From NCBI GenBank assembly GCA_963665665.1, contig OY762428.1:1920001-1984000 (forward strand): a stretch of 64,000 bases of DNA, written 5' to 3'. The notes beneath the pieces are model-generated. The model worked only from the letters and a program-made list of their open reading frames with translations. It did no database searches and was not told the DNA's origin. Each line of letters begins with the position of its first letter. Position 1 is the first letter of the stretch. The translations under genes were made by a program, and so were the position numbers. Source of the stretch: Candidatus Kapaibacterium sp. Lineage in GTDB: Bacteria; Bacteroidota; Ignavibacteria; Kapaibacteriales; UBA2268. Shown here in pieces: positions 1 through 10,474 of this stretch.

Positions 1-103
1 AAAACTTCTCGGGCTATATTAGTGCTTCCGTTTGAAAAATCACTATTAATATTTGTTATACGTTTTAATATTTCAGCAGGGATTACTATTTCATGCATTA
101 TTA

Positions 104-118
104 TGGCATTAAATTTGT
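104..118 (+). promoter_or_regulatory. Possible sigma54 -24/-12 promoter of the TPR gene
   Basis: TGGCAT-TAAAT-TTGT vs consensus TGGCAC-N5-TTGC. Confidence 0.35.
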
Positions 119-206
119 GATAAATATTTTGCTAATATTAATAAAATTTATGAAATATTCATAAATTTTATATTTTAGAAGAAATGAATGAACCAGGGCG
201 GTAGTA

Positions 207-2147
207 GTGAAAATAAAAAAGTCAATAGATCAGAAGGAATACCTGAAGGAAGACCTGAAATTCAATAGTAAGCTGACAACAGCAAATAGTATTGAAGATG
301 ACGGGCTTGATAATCTTGAAGGACTAACCAAAAAGATCCGAAAGGAATACGATCAAGCACTGCTGATTTCCGAAGGCCCGAATTTTGAGCAATCTATTGA
401 AATGTTCGAATCGATTCTTGAAGCCCTGCCAAGGCATTATCCTGCACTGTACAAGCTGGCATGGGTGAAGCTGAAAATGAATTACAGGGCCGAGTCACTT
501 AAAATTTGTAATAAACTTGTTGAGATCCTTCCTACCCATGCAGAGACCTTCAACCTTCAGGGGACGGTATTTGCTCTTGATAAAGATTATTACCAGGCAA
601 TTATTTCTTTCAGGAAATCCATTGATATTGACGGCGAATATTTCGATGCTTTCAGAAATCTCGGCGTTGTTTACTCTTCGGTAAAGAAATATAAAGACAG
701 CAATGTGTGTTTTGCAAAATGCCTTAAGCTCGATCCTAAACACGCACTTTCGTATTTCAATATTGGCTATAATCATTATTTTCTTGGCAACTATGCTAAA
801 GCAGTTGAAGCTTTCAAAAAAACAATAAGTTTCAATGATAAATTTACCAACGCCTACCACAATCTTTTTCTGACTTATTATAAAATGGGTGATTTTGACA
901 GGGCTATTGATACGCTTGACAGAATAATGATGCTGAATCCAAAATACCCAAAGAAGGATTTTAAATATGGCCTTTGCAATTATAATCTCAGCAATTTTTC
1001 GAAAGCCTCAGATCTTTTCAGAAAATCAGTAGAAATTGATGCCAATGATGAAGATGCGCAATATCTTCTTGCAAAATCATTATTCAAGCAAAATAAATAT
1101 GAAGAAGCTATAAAAGAATTTGACGAACTGCGGCTGATGAATCCTGATACAAGGGAAGGAATGATTGAAACGGCAGTTTGCTACTGGTATCTTGGCGATG
1201 TGGATAAAGGCATTGACGTATTACTGGATATTGTCAGCGTTGACAGCAAATCCTATATTGCACATATATGGCTTGGGGTGATGTATATAACAAAGAAAGA
1301 TTATGCCAACTCTCTGAATTCTTTTAAAAGAGCGCGGGCAGTTAATCCTGAGATTGTGGATGCACATATCGGTATAGGCATATTGCATATTATGCACGAC
1401 AGGTTCCTGGATGCCATTCAATCTTTCCAATATGCTTCCACACTCGATCCATCATTGGCGGTTGCCTATTTCGGCCTGGGCGAAGCACATCTGAGAATTG
1501 CGCAGGAATCAGGATCAAAGTATGAATGTACGGTAGCTATCCTTGCATTTAAAGAAGTACTCAGATTTAATTCCGGGAATGCCTCGGCACTTATCAAAAT
1601 TGGTATGGCTTATGACAAAATGCAGCAGTATAACAAGGCTATTGAATTTTTCCTGAAAGCAAAGGACCTTCAGCCGGATAATTCCGAGGCGGATCTTCAG
1701 CTCGGGCTGGCATGTGCTCACAACGGACGTTATCAGGCAGCTCTCAGATATTTAAAAGCAGCTGTAACCAAGAATCCTGATAATCCTTCTGCACTATTCC
1801 ATTATGGCCTTATGCTTGGGTATCTGGAACGAAACAATGAGGCAATTGCTGCCCTGGAAAAAAGTATTCGCCTGGTACCCGATTTCGCTGAAGCATACAG
1901 CAGCCTTGGTAAAGTATTCCAGAATACAGAGGACTACAACCAGGCAGTTGGTTTCTTTACAAAAGCAATAGAACTCAGGCCCGACCTTGCAATCGCATTA
2001 TATAATCTTGGAGTTGCCTACCTGGAAATGGATATGCTGAAAGAAGCATTACAGAAATATGAGGATTTGAAATTTATTGATCAGGAAACAGCAGACTTAT
2101 TAAATACTAAGATTGAAATATACCGCCAGAAGAAAAAGAAAAAATGA
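207..2147 (+). CDS. Large tetratricopeptide repeat protein
   Basis: 646 aa of consecutive ~34-aa TPR units (e.g. AEAYSSLGKVF...YNQAVGFFTKAIELRPDL). Confidence 0.9.
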   Translation: MKIKKSIDQKEYLKEDLKFNSKLTTANSIEDDGLDNLEGLTKKIRKEYDQALLISEGPNFEQSIEMFESILEALPRHYPALYKLAWVKLKMNYRAESLKICNKLVEILPTHAETFNLQGTVFALDKDYYQAIISFRKSIDIDGEYFDAFRNLGVVYSSVKKYKDSNVCFAKCLKLDPKHALSYFNIGYNHYFLGNYAKAVEAFKKTISFNDKFTNAYHNLFLTYYKMGDFDRAIDTLDRIMMLNPKYPKKDFKYGLCNYNLSNFSKASDLFRKSVEIDANDEDAQYLLAKSLFKQNKYEEAIKEFDELRLMNPDTREGMIETAVCYWYLGDVDKGIDVLLDIVSVDSKSYIAHIWLGVMYITKKDYANSLNSFKRARAVNPEIVDAHIGIGILHIMHDRFLDAIQSFQYASTLDPSLAVAYFGLGEAHLRIAQESGSKYECTVAILAFKEVLRFNSGNASALIKIGMAYDKMQQYNKAIEFFLKAKDLQPDNSEADLQLGLACAHNGRYQAALRYLKAAVTKNPDNPSALFHYGLMLGYLERNNEAIAALEKSIRLVPDFAEAYSSLGKVFQNTEDYNQAVGFFTKAIELRPDLAIALYNLGVAYLEMDMLKEALQKYEDLKFIDQETADLLNTKIEIYRQKKKKK

Positions 2148-2172
2148 TATTTTTAAATTTATTGATATACAT

Positions 2173-2204
2173 AAGCCCGGAAATTCGAATATCCGGGCTT
2201 TTCT
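2173..2204 (+). terminator. Intrinsic terminator
   Basis: aagcccgga...tccgggctt followed by T-rich tract. Confidence 0.75.
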
Positions 2205-2472
2205 TGTTTATTCAAAAACTGTAATCTTCCAAATCAAGTGGTTTCTGGATTTCTGTAATTATTAATTCCAACCAAAAACAGACATACCCGGCTTATAAAA
2301 TTGTAATTTTTTAAAAAAGCAATTTGATTTTTTATGATTAATAATGTAAATTAGAGTTTGGTAGTGTGTGCGCTAATCTCTTTATTTAATTAAAGATAAA
2401 AATTGCGCCGCCAAAACGCAGCAAAAAGAGATTGTTTAATATATTTAATGCCTATTGGCATGTGGGGGAAAG

Positions 2473-3456
2473 ATGAAAAAGATTCTGCTTCTTGCATTTT
2501 CCGTATTCCTTATATCTAACCTTTTTTCAAAGGCACAGTCGCCTGACGACCTGATTGCCGACTATCTTAAGCTGGTTGCAACCGGCCGTGTTGACGAAGT
2601 GAAAATGGCTCTGCCGGACTTACTGGCAGCATATCCCGAAGACCCGGGTGTAAACCTGGTTCACGGAGTAGTTATCGAGGACGCATTCAGGGCACTTGAT
2701 ATTTACAAAAGGATTATTAATGATTATCCTGACAGTAAATGGGCAGACGATGCTTACTGGCGCGTTGTTCAGTTCTACGCGGTGCTTGGGGATACAACAC
2801 AGGCAAGGATATCTCTTCATAAATTCCGGCAGAACTATCCCGATTCGGAATATATTGGCCCGGCAGCCGATGTTGTTCGATCATCGGTAGGGTTGGCCCG
2901 CAGCGGAAAGAAATCAACAACGAACAGCTACAGGCCTGAGTACAAACCTAAAGAAAGAGTTGTCAGGCATGAAGAGGATGACCTTGTTGATCCTTCTACC
3001 CAGCCGGTAACAAGGATTCAGCGAAAAAAGGAGAAACCTGTTTTTAAATACGAACCTAAAGAAAATACAAACACTATACCTAAAGAAGAGCAGCCGGCTT
3101 CACGCCCTGTGATCACACAGCCGGAAGAAAAATCTGCTGAGCCTGTGAAAACTGACAAAACGCTTGCTAATGTAGAACCTACCCCGGAAACGCAGGTTAA
3201 TAATTCTGAGCCGTCCGGCGAATCAACCGGCTGGGGGCTTCAGGTGGGTATTTATAGCAGTAAAGACGCCGCAGAGGCCGAAATGAGGAAATTCCTGCGC
3301 CAGCGTATGCGTACCGAAGTTTTTCAGAAAGTTATAAACAATGAAATGCTTTATGCAGTTGTTATAGGTAATTATAATTCCAAGGAATCAGCCGAGGCTG
3401 CTAAGCAGATCGTTCAGCAGCAATGCAGTTGCACACCGATTGTTTTTAAAAAATAA
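2473..3456 (+). CDS. SPOR-domain protein with N-terminal TPR-like region
   Basis: Signal peptide MKKILLLAF; helical YPDSKWADDA repeats; Pro/Glu/Lys linker; C-terminal WGLQVGIYSSKDAAE...YAVVIGNYNSKESAE SPOR pattern. Confidence 0.85.
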   Translation: MKKILLLAFSVFLISNLFSKAQSPDDLIADYLKLVATGRVDEVKMALPDLLAAYPEDPGVNLVHGVVIEDAFRALDIYKRIINDYPDSKWADDAYWRVVQFYAVLGDTTQARISLHKFRQNYPDSEYIGPAADVVRSSVGLARSGKKSTTNSYRPEYKPKERVVRHEEDDLVDPSTQPVTRIQRKKEKPVFKYEPKENTNTIPKEEQPASRPVITQPEEKSAEPVKTDKTLANVEPTPETQVNNSEPSGESTGWGLQVGIYSSKDAAEAEMRKFLRQRMRTEVFQKVINNEMLYAVVIGNYNSKESAEAAKQIVQQQCSCTPIVFKK

Positions 3457-3486
3457 TTTATTTGATAAATCTATAGCTTTTTAATT

Positions 3487-3518
3487 AAAAGGGTATTCTG
3501 CCGGGAATACCCTTTTTG
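3487..3518. terminator. Bidirectional terminator between convergent genes
   Basis: aaaagggtattc-tgccgg-gaataccctttt. Confidence 0.8.
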
Positions 3519-3555
3519 TGCTCATAATTTCTATACTTAGTATGGATAAAGTTTA

Positions 3556-4020
3556 TCAATTAAACGACGGGAATGAGCCCTTTACACAGATTGGAACTTT
3601 AGTAATTACACCAATATCCATCACGCTGTTGTCTTTTATCAGCGCGGCATCCCAGTATGTAAACAGCATATAACCCATATACAATCCTGTTTGCAGGCCG
3701 AATTTCACATCGAGGTCTTCTTTCCGGATAAGCGCAGCCCCGCCAAGCTTTGCCCCGGCAAGCAGAAATGATGTTTCCAGGCAGGCCGATACCTTAATAT
3801 CCTTGTTCATTATGTCAATATTCACTACGCCGCCATATATAAATGTAATATCATCATAAGCTGTCAGGCTGATTTCCGGGCCGTACATAAAATCAACTTC
3901 TCCCGCGCCGAGCCTCCAGCCGAATTTCATTCCCACATTCAAAAACATATCCCTTTGGGCTATCATATTGGTAGTTGAAAATAATAACAGGATTAAGGGT
4001 AACAATATCAGTTTTTTCAT
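3556..4020 (-). CDS. Exported hypothetical protein, small beta-barrel-like
   Basis: Signal peptide; amphipathic Gly/aromatic strands; paralog of 4075-4533. Confidence 0.7.
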   Translation of the reverse strand: MKKLILLPLILLLFSTTNMIAQRDMFLNVGMKFGWRLGAGEVDFMYGPEISLTAYDDITFIYGGVVNIDIMNKDIKVSACLETSFLLAGAKLGGAALIRKEDLDVKFGLQTGLYMGYMLFTYWDAALIKDNSVMDIGVITKVPICVKGSFPSFN

Positions 4021-4074
4021 TGTTTTTTTCTCTGTAATATTTAAAGAAAATAGTTAAATTTTGATAAAATTGAA

Positions 4075-4533
4075 TTACATGTGTGGCAGGCTGCCGGACA
4101 ATCTCAACGGGGCTTTCAGTATCCCGCCCCAGTCCTCTACCGTAATTTTATTACCGAAAAAAGCTTTCTCCCAGTATATATAAGCCAATAGTCCTGTATA
4201 AACACCTGTTTGCAGGCCGAAGTTCAAATCTAAATCCTTTTTCCTTATTAGCATAGCGCCTCCGAGTTTAGCGCCGATAATGAAAAATGAGCCTTGTAAG
4301 CTGGTCGAAATTTTTATATGCTCATTCATAATGTCAATATTAAAGACGCCGCCCAGAGATGCGAACGAGCCTTTCGTCAGGCTGATCTCAGGGCCGTACA
4401 TAAAATCAACTTCTTTTGTGCCCAGCCGCCAGCCGAATTTTACTCCGATGTTGAGAAAAAGAGGTTCTTCAGCAAATAATTCCGCTGATGATAATAGTAA
4501 TAGAAATAATGGTATTATAAATAACTTTTTAAT
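4075..4533 (-). CDS. Paralog of 3556-4020 with ATT in place of the start ATG
   Basis: Frame extends upstream of the ORF-track start: IKKLFIIPLFLLLLSSAELFAEEPLFLNIGVKFGWRLGTKEVDFMYGPEIS aligns with the paralog; in-frame TAA lies just upstream. Confidence 0.7.
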   Translation of the reverse strand: MKKLFIIPLFLLLLSSAELFAEEPLFLNIGVKFGWRLGTKEVDFMYGPEISLTKGSFASLGGVFNIDIMNEHIKISTSLQGSFFIIGAKLGGAMLIRKKDLDLNFGLQTGVYTGLLAYIYWEKAFFGNKITVEDWGGILKAPLRLSGSLPHM

Positions 4534-4554
4534 TGTTTCTTACCTTCTATTATT

Positions 4555-5166
4555 TTAAATTTTGAATTTAATATATATGTACAAAAATTGAGGCCATTCC
4601 TTATCGGCAGAATTTAGCGACGAGCCCCCCACATTAAAATCCAGGCTAACATTATCAATTGCCCTATATGATAATCCGATCAATTTCGAATCGCTAAGCC
4701 TATATACCAGTTCTATTCCTAAATCCACTGCTCCATAAAATCTGTTTTGAACTGTTAACGCCATACCCAGGTGAAAAGCCATCCCTATATTCTCACTATC
4801 TGAAAGCTTCATCGAGTTAACTTTTAATGATAACGAATGAATAATACCTGAATAATATTCATCATTCAATTTCCAATAATTTCTGTCAGCGTGTTTATTA
4901 TTGTCTTTTGCAGCGTACCAGTTAAAATTCATCAATTCAAAAGATATTAGAGAGTTGTCAGAGGGGAAATATTCGAGTCCTAAAAGAATGGAAGCGCCGG
5001 GGGAAAATGGCCAATCATGATTTGTTAGAATGGCTCCAGCCCCTGCGGAAACAAATAGTCCGTCATTTATTTCAATTGTATCCTTAGTATTTGCAGCATT
5101 CGCTTCTTTTGCACAGAAAATAATAAATAGAATTAGTGTGAAGTAAGGCAAGCACTCTTTTTTCAT
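4555..5166 (-). CDS. Outer-membrane beta-barrel-like hypothetical protein
   Basis: Signal peptide; C-terminal YIYIKFKI; shares NWYAAK and YRLS/N motifs with 5451-6098. Confidence 0.7.
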   Translation of the reverse strand: MKKECLPYFTLILFIIFCAKEANAANTKDTIEINDGLFVSAGAGAILTNHDWPFSPGASILLGLEYFPSDNSLISFELMNFNWYAAKDNNKHADRNYWKLNDEYYSGIIHSLSLKVNSMKLSDSENIGMAFHLGMALTVQNRFYGAVDLGIELVYRLSDSKLIGLSYRAIDNVSLDFNVGGSSLNSADKEWPQFLYIYIKFKI

Positions 5167-5179
5167 ATCAAATCCGGAA

Positions 5180-5443
5180 AAATATTACAATGATTTAATC
5201 GGTAAAACTATTATTTACAACATCTTATTCATATGCTTCTTAGCAGTAAGAATCTGTATTATATCCGCTCGACTCAAAATAATCATAATTGTCAGTAATA
5301 CTCTCCAATTATTTGCTGAATTGTGATTTCAATAAATTATATGCTTCTATTGTAATTCTTGAGTGAACGTACTTGTTATCATGTGCATGTATCGTGTTAT
5401 ACACCAAAAATATTTGTGATAAAGGCAATAAAAATAATTTCAT
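5180..5443 (-). pseudogene. Degraded remnant of a secreted-protein gene
   Basis: ATG 5443 gives MKLFLLPLSQIFLVYNTIHAHDNKYVHSRITIEAYNLL, stop at 5309, then multiple stops. Confidence 0.35.
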
Positions 5444-5450
5444 AACTTTT

Positions 5451-6098
5451 TCATATTTTAAACCTGTAATAGCAATTAATCATATAAAGGTCGGGAACAT
5501 AGCTCGTGCTGCTGCAACCAGCCGGGCAAAAATGAAAATCAAACATCCTTCTGTAAGTGAGAGAAAGTTGAAAGCGTTTATTAAGCCTGTAATATACAGC
5601 GCCGCCGAAATCCAGGTCCCTATAATCATTATCGCTTGCAAACAGAGGGAAGCCAAAGTGAAGTGAAAGCCTGACCGGCCATTCCCGGGGCAACAGATAT
5701 ACTTTTGGGGCAAGAAAGACAGCCCACGCTGAATAGATGTCAGAAGAAACATGAGTATAAGTACTAAGATTATACTCTTTGGCACCCTCTCTTTTTGCGG
5801 CATACCAGTTGTGGCCGTATATTTCGAAAGCGGCATAGTGAGATGAAAACACCGGTATTTCGAAGCCCAGGGCGGCCGCTATTCCGGCTTTCATTGTCCT
5901 GCCGTAAACATCCTTATCATTTGCTATACCAAGTCCGGCGATTGCCACAAGGTAGTAATCATCAGGCAATATTTCCGATGGCCTTTTCTGCGGCTCCGTT
6001 TTACGGAGTTCTGATAATGTCTTCGGGGCATCGCCGGTTTCCCGGGAAAAGGAACAGCCGAACCCAAAAAAGAATATGGCAATTACCATGAATTTCAT
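5451..6098 (-). CDS. Outer-membrane beta-barrel-like protein, paralog of 4555-5166
   Basis: Signal peptide, NWYAAK motif, C-terminal CYYRFKI. Confidence 0.7.
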   Translation of the reverse strand: MKFMVIAIFFFGFGCSFSRETGDAPKTLSELRKTEPQKRPSEILPDDYYLVAIAGLGIANDKDVYGRTMKAGIAAALGFEIPVFSSHYAAFEIYGHNWYAAKREGAKEYNLSTYTHVSSDIYSAWAVFLAPKVYLLPREWPVRLSLHFGFPLFASDNDYRDLDFGGAVYYRLNKRFQLSLTYRRMFDFHFCPAGCSSTSYVPDLYMINCYYRFKI

Positions 6099-8125
6099 TT
6101 TATTAACTTGTAATAATAAATTTTATTTGTTTTTGTTTTTACAACCACAATACCAGGCTGTTGGGTTAAATTTGAATACATATCCTCTACAGAAAGACAG
6201 GTGCCGGTTAAAATGCCATCAATGGAGTATATGTTAATTGATTCAATATCTAAGGAGTTGATATCAGGCAATCTATCCGGAGTTCCGGAATAATTTAATT
6301 CTTCTACCGAAGTAACTTTGTCACATTTCCAGAGTCTGCCTCTATCATCAAGGTAATAGACAATATTATCAATATTAATTATTTCATAAATTGATCGAGG
6401 ATTGGTCGCCACATGGATTGGAATCTTTGTAATATCAGTTAATTGCACATCATCAATATCTTTTACAAAATATATATTTTCATTGGCAGAAACTAACAAG
6501 TCGTCTCCATATTTTTCAAAACACCCAGTTGCATAAAAAAAATCTATTCGTCTAAATAAAATATTTTCAATTTCAAGATTTTCAGAATCTATTAGTTGAA
6601 TATCACTTCCACGCGGATTTATGATTAAATCATTACCATTGAACAAATATGAATTGGTTATTATATATTCGTGATATATTGGATTGTCCAGGTTTTTGAT
6701 TTCGTTATTATAATCATATGAACATAGATTGAAGGTATTACCCTCTATTCTCTTAAAAAATAAAATTTTATCATCAGTAGCTTTTATTATACGGAAACAT
6801 TTATCCACATAATATCCTCTAAGAATTTCCAAAGAATTGAAATCCAGTTCCATAACACTATTTTCTGTTGAACACCAAATCGAATTCGTTGAAGAGGAAT
6901 AATGTATACTTGAAAGGGTTTCTCCGAAATCATGTTTTAGTGATAAATTATTTTCAATATCATAAATAACAATCTGATTTGTGATTTCCTGATAGATAAG
7001 ACCTCTGGGATAAACAGAATAAGCGTTTTGAGCTGATATATATATATAATTTAATGGTTCGTTATCAACGGTTTGTATCAACATTCTTGGCGGATCAGAA
7101 TAATTTTGATTATAGAGAATTCCGAGATAACCGTTAATGTTAATCATTGTTCTCGGACATGTTATATTGCTCATATTGATTAAGTATTCTGCCTTACCTT
7201 CAATGATGGTATAAATACTCGGCCCAATAGAATAAACAATTTGGGAATTCCCATAAATATGTAAAGCCAAAGTGCCAATATTTGCTGTTTCTTTTGTTTC
7301 AAGGTTGTATGTATTTACTTCTCTGTTCTCATCACGATAATATATCAGGTTGTCTTTGAATCCAATTTTAAAGCTAAAGTAATATCCTGTCGGGACTTCT
7401 GTTTCTTCTTTTTTGTTTACATCATAAATATGCATTTTGGAAAACGATCCGTTTTCATAATATCGGAAAATGATATAATCATTACCATTGTAGCGATAAT
7501 GATAAAAGTCTTCTAAATCTATGGATGTTAGCTCTTTAATCAATTTGAGCTCGCCGTTAATGAATTGATAAACATCACTGTTCCTTAACAAAATGAAAAG
7601 GTTGTTTTCATCAACAGCAAATACTTTTTCAATTGTAGAGCCGTCAGGCAATGAAAAGAAATCGGAATATTTTTTCAGGGTTTCTTTGTTTTTATAATCA
7701 TATAGGATAATATGATAGTTGCTGTAAAATAATAAATTATCGTTGCAGTAGATAATTGACTTAAAGCCTTCTAATCTCGGGTCCTGATAAATTCTCCTTT
7801 CATTTGTTTCATAATTCAGATATAATATCTTATCTTCACAAATTGATAACCATAAGTTGTTCTCATCATTCAGGCATGAGCCACCCCCTAAGTTCAATAC
7901 ATCGTCATCAATATCTTTGAAAAGAAGATAATTAAAGTTCATAATCAATTTATTTTTTCGAAATAACCAGACTTCATCGCCAGCATTGACTTCGACAATA
8001 CTCTCATCCGCATTTACTGAATTTGAACGTAGTTCAGCCGAAGGATATACAGACACTAATTCGCTTCCACGGGATTGAATAATTGCGGAAAAAAGTATAA
8101 GCAGAATAAATATTGATCTTTTCAT
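6095..8125 (-). CDS. Secreted beta-propeller-like protein with degenerate T9SS-type CTD
   Basis: Signal peptide; repeated short beta strands; C-terminus INIYSIDG...PGIVVVK...KLIK. Confidence 0.7.
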   Translation of the reverse strand: MKRSIFILLILFSAIIQSRGSELVSVYPSAELRSNSVNADESIVEVNAGDEVWLFRKNKLIMNFNYLLFKDIDDDVLNLGGGSCLNDENNLWLSICEDKILYLNYETNERRIYQDPRLEGFKSIIYCNDNLLFYSNYHIILYDYKNKETLKKYSDFFSLPDGSTIEKVFAVDENNLFILLRNSDVYQFINGELKLIKELTSIDLEDFYHYRYNGNDYIIFRYYENGSFSKMHIYDVNKKEETEVPTGYYFSFKIGFKDNLIYYRDENREVNTYNLETKETANIGTLALHIYGNSQIVYSIGPSIYTIIEGKAEYLINMSNITCPRTMININGYLGILYNQNYSDPPRMLIQTVDNEPLNYIYISAQNAYSVYPRGLIYQEITNQIVIYDIENNLSLKHDFGETLSSIHYSSSTNSIWCSTENSVMELDFNSLEILRGYYVDKCFRIIKATDDKILFFKRIEGNTFNLCSYDYNNEIKNLDNPIYHEYIITNSYLFNGNDLIINPRGSDIQLIDSENLEIENILFRRIDFFYATGCFEKYGDDLLVSANENIYFVKDIDDVQLTDITKIPIHVATNPRSIYEIINIDNIVYYLDDRGRLWKCDKVTSVEELNYSGTPDRLPDINSLDIESINIYSIDGILTGTCLSVEDMYSNLTQQPGIVVVKTKTNKIYYYKLIK

Positions 8126-8354
8126 TTTGGGCTTACTCCGTTTTTAATAATTAAAGGTAATATAAAAAGTGTTCGAAGAATACAATATACAAAAACTGTA
8201 TAAGAATAGAACAATTACCATGAATTTCATTTTCCTGAATATTTCACTGCCTTCCACTTTTTTTTTGCCCCCATCCTATAAAGCGCTTCATTGGTAATTC
8301 CTTACGTTTTAATCGTATATTTAGTAATAGCGCTTGCCAATAAGCATATATATA

Positions 8355-9017
8355 CTAACGGATTATTTGATTCATAACTTTTTGTATCAGCCCGTAAGGG
8401 ATTTTAAAGTGATTCTCATTTCCCCATAAATCTATAAGTAGATTCTCCGGCTCGGAATTTGGCTCCCATGAATCGCTTTCTTCGTGATTATCCGCATAAA
8501 TGCCATTTCCAAGATTGTAACCGTAGTTGAATTCTGTTACCCAGGGGAAAAGGCATGTCAAATCTTCTTTTTCACCTTCAATATAAATGATCGCCCTGTT
8601 GGAAACAAAGCCAATAACAGGTTCTTCAATATGGCTGGATATTTTTCCCGTGGGGAAATCCTTATCCACCAAAAGAATAAACCCGGCCCCCAATGATGAA
8701 GGCGGCATGTTGGTACAAGCCAGTGTTGGCGGATAATCTTTGAATTCAACCAGGAAGGTCATATTTTCCCAATCGATATCTCCTTCGCCCCAAACAAAAA
8801 CATGATCCTCGGCTGATACGGTTACAGCCCATGCAATCACTACCTTAGCGTCAGGTGGTATATCCCGATTGTTGGGATTTTGGATTTTGCCGGATACTTT
8901 ATAAATAACTTCTTTAACATCGTTATTGTTGTCATCGTCATTTTCGGTAATAGTGGTTGCATCGTTGCAAGAAATCAAGGTAATGATAAGAACTAATAGA
9001 ACTGATATTTTCTTCAT
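8355..9017 (-). CDS. CxDATT-family lipoprotein (group A body)
   Basis: Lipobox LISC-NDATT; SGKIQNPNNRDIPPDAK motif. Confidence 0.8.
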   Translation of the reverse strand: MKKISVLLVLIITLISCNDATTITENDDDNNNDVKEVIYKVSGKIQNPNNRDIPPDAKVVIAWAVTVSAEDHVFVWGEGDIDWENMTFLVEFKDYPPTLACTNMPPSSLGAGFILLVDKDFPTGKISSHIEEPVIGFVSNRAIIYIEGEKEDLTCLFPWVTEFNYGYNLGNGIYADNHEESDSWEPNSEPENLLIDLWGNENHFKIPYGLIQKVMNQIIR

Positions 9018-9036
9018 ATTTTATTCCTCTGTTAAA

Positions 9037-9636
9037 TTAAAACCAATATGGAAAAGAGGGCATTGGATTATCCGCAATTAATTGTATCAATAAATTGTTT
9101 TTATCATCATACTGTTCCCAATACCCGTTAACTTCATCGGTATAAACTGCCGAAGCAAAATTATAGCCATTTTTGAAAGAAGCAGTCCATGGAAGAAGAT
9201 TTTTTAGTTCGCTTCTGTCGCCGGCAATATAAATAATTGCCCTGTCCGACAAAAAACCTAAATAGTCGTCTTCATTGGGCTCGCTGAATTTTCCTTTTGG
9301 AAAGTCATTTGTTACAAACATTAAATAGCCGACTGCAATCTGCGCGTTGCCAAAAGTATTAATCACTTCCTGGTCAGGTATGGATTCCATGGGTATTTTG
9401 AAAGATAGATCGGAAAAATTTATATTAAAATCTCCGCTGGAATAAAGGTACTGTTCGGAATTATCAATAACAAGCCATACCAGCGCTAATTTACTATCGC
9501 CGGGAACGGAGCGGTTATTGGGGTTTTCAATCTTACCTTTTAAAACAAACATATCAGCGTCAGGGTCTGTTGTCGCATCATTGCACGAGAACAAAGAAAT
9601 AGAGCCGAAAAGGAATAATATTAGGAGCTTCTTCAT
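9037..9636 (-). CDS. CxDATT-family lipoprotein (group A body)
   Basis: Lipobox LFSC-NDATTDP; GKIENPNNRSVPGDSK. Confidence 0.8.
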   Translation of the reverse strand: MKKLLILFLFGSISLFSCNDATTDPDADMFVLKGKIENPNNRSVPGDSKLALVWLVIDNSEQYLYSSGDFNINFSDLSFKIPMESIPDQEVINTFGNAQIAVGYLMFVTNDFPKGKFSEPNEDDYLGFLSDRAIIYIAGDRSELKNLLPWTASFKNGYNFASAVYTDEVNGYWEQYDDKNNLLIQLIADNPMPSFPYWF

Positions 9637-9694
9637 TTACAAACCTTCTTTTATATCCAATTAAAATCATTATTTACCTGATGAATAATACACT

Positions 9695-10465
9695 CTAATT
9701 CTTCACATTAAAGGGATAATAGTAGCTGTTGCCGTTGTTGGAATATTTCATGATATAAAAGCCGTTATCAAGATCCCCGCCGTTGAATGAATAAACTTGT
9801 GGTCCGACAGGATATACTCCGCTATATACTGTTTTTACATTAGTAAATTCCGAATCTGCTTTATGTATGCTTACCATTAATGGATCGGTACTTTCTACCT
9901 GATATTGTATCGTTCCCACTTCTTTAACCGGTTGTGGCCTAATAGCCATATTTGATTTTTGTTGTGTCAGGTCAAAAACAAGCTTTGTATCATAGTCGTC
10001 CATCAAATTGAGATAGTAATTGCCACCTTCCATCCAATCCGGCGCTATTCCGTATTTGTAAAGGAACCTGTCCTTGTCCTGGTAAATCAGATCATATTCA
10101 AGAACTGTGAATGTATCGGTTTCGAAAGTAATTTCATCGCCTATCGAGGCCCGTATTTTGTAATTGATATTTTTTTCGGCATTAGAAAATACAAAGAAGC
10201 CGTCCAGAGTATCAGAGGACTTTGTATTAGTTGTGGCTGCTATATTACCGCCTTCAATCAGTTCCAGCTTAATATCCGAAAACCCCTTATACTGCAAATA
10301 ATTACCTACAAATTGGCCGTTGTCCAGTATGGAGTCGCATTTGAAAGTTATCAGCCCGATAATATTGATACCATTATTTTCGCTGTTATCCGGTTTTGTA
10401 GTTGCATCAGGGCAGCCCGCCAATGCAAACATGCATAATAAGATAATAATTGATAGTTTTTTCAT
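9695..10465 (-). CDS. CxDATT-family lipoprotein with T9SS-CTD/FlgD-Ig-like C-terminus
   Basis: Lipobox LAGC-PDATTKP; C-terminal IRPQPV...IQYQV...LDNGFYIMK. Confidence 0.75.
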   Translation of the reverse strand: MKKLSIIILLCMFALAGCPDATTKPDNSENNGINIIGLITFKCDSILDNGQFVGNYLQYKGFSDIKLELIEGGNIAATTNTKSSDTLDGFFVFSNAEKNINYKIRASIGDEITFETDTFTVLEYDLIYQDKDRFLYKYGIAPDWMEGGNYYLNLMDDYDTKLVFDLTQQKSNMAIRPQPVKEVGTIQYQVESTDPLMVSIHKADSEFTNVKTVYSGVYPVGPQVYSFNGGDLDNGFYIMKYSNNGNSYYYPFNVKN

Positions 10466-10474
10466 GATATTTTT

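Noticed and set aside
2360-2440. Possible structured leader before the SPOR gene (aatctcttt...aaagagatt)
   Set aside because: AT-rich pairing could be chance, and it shows no recognisable riboswitch motif
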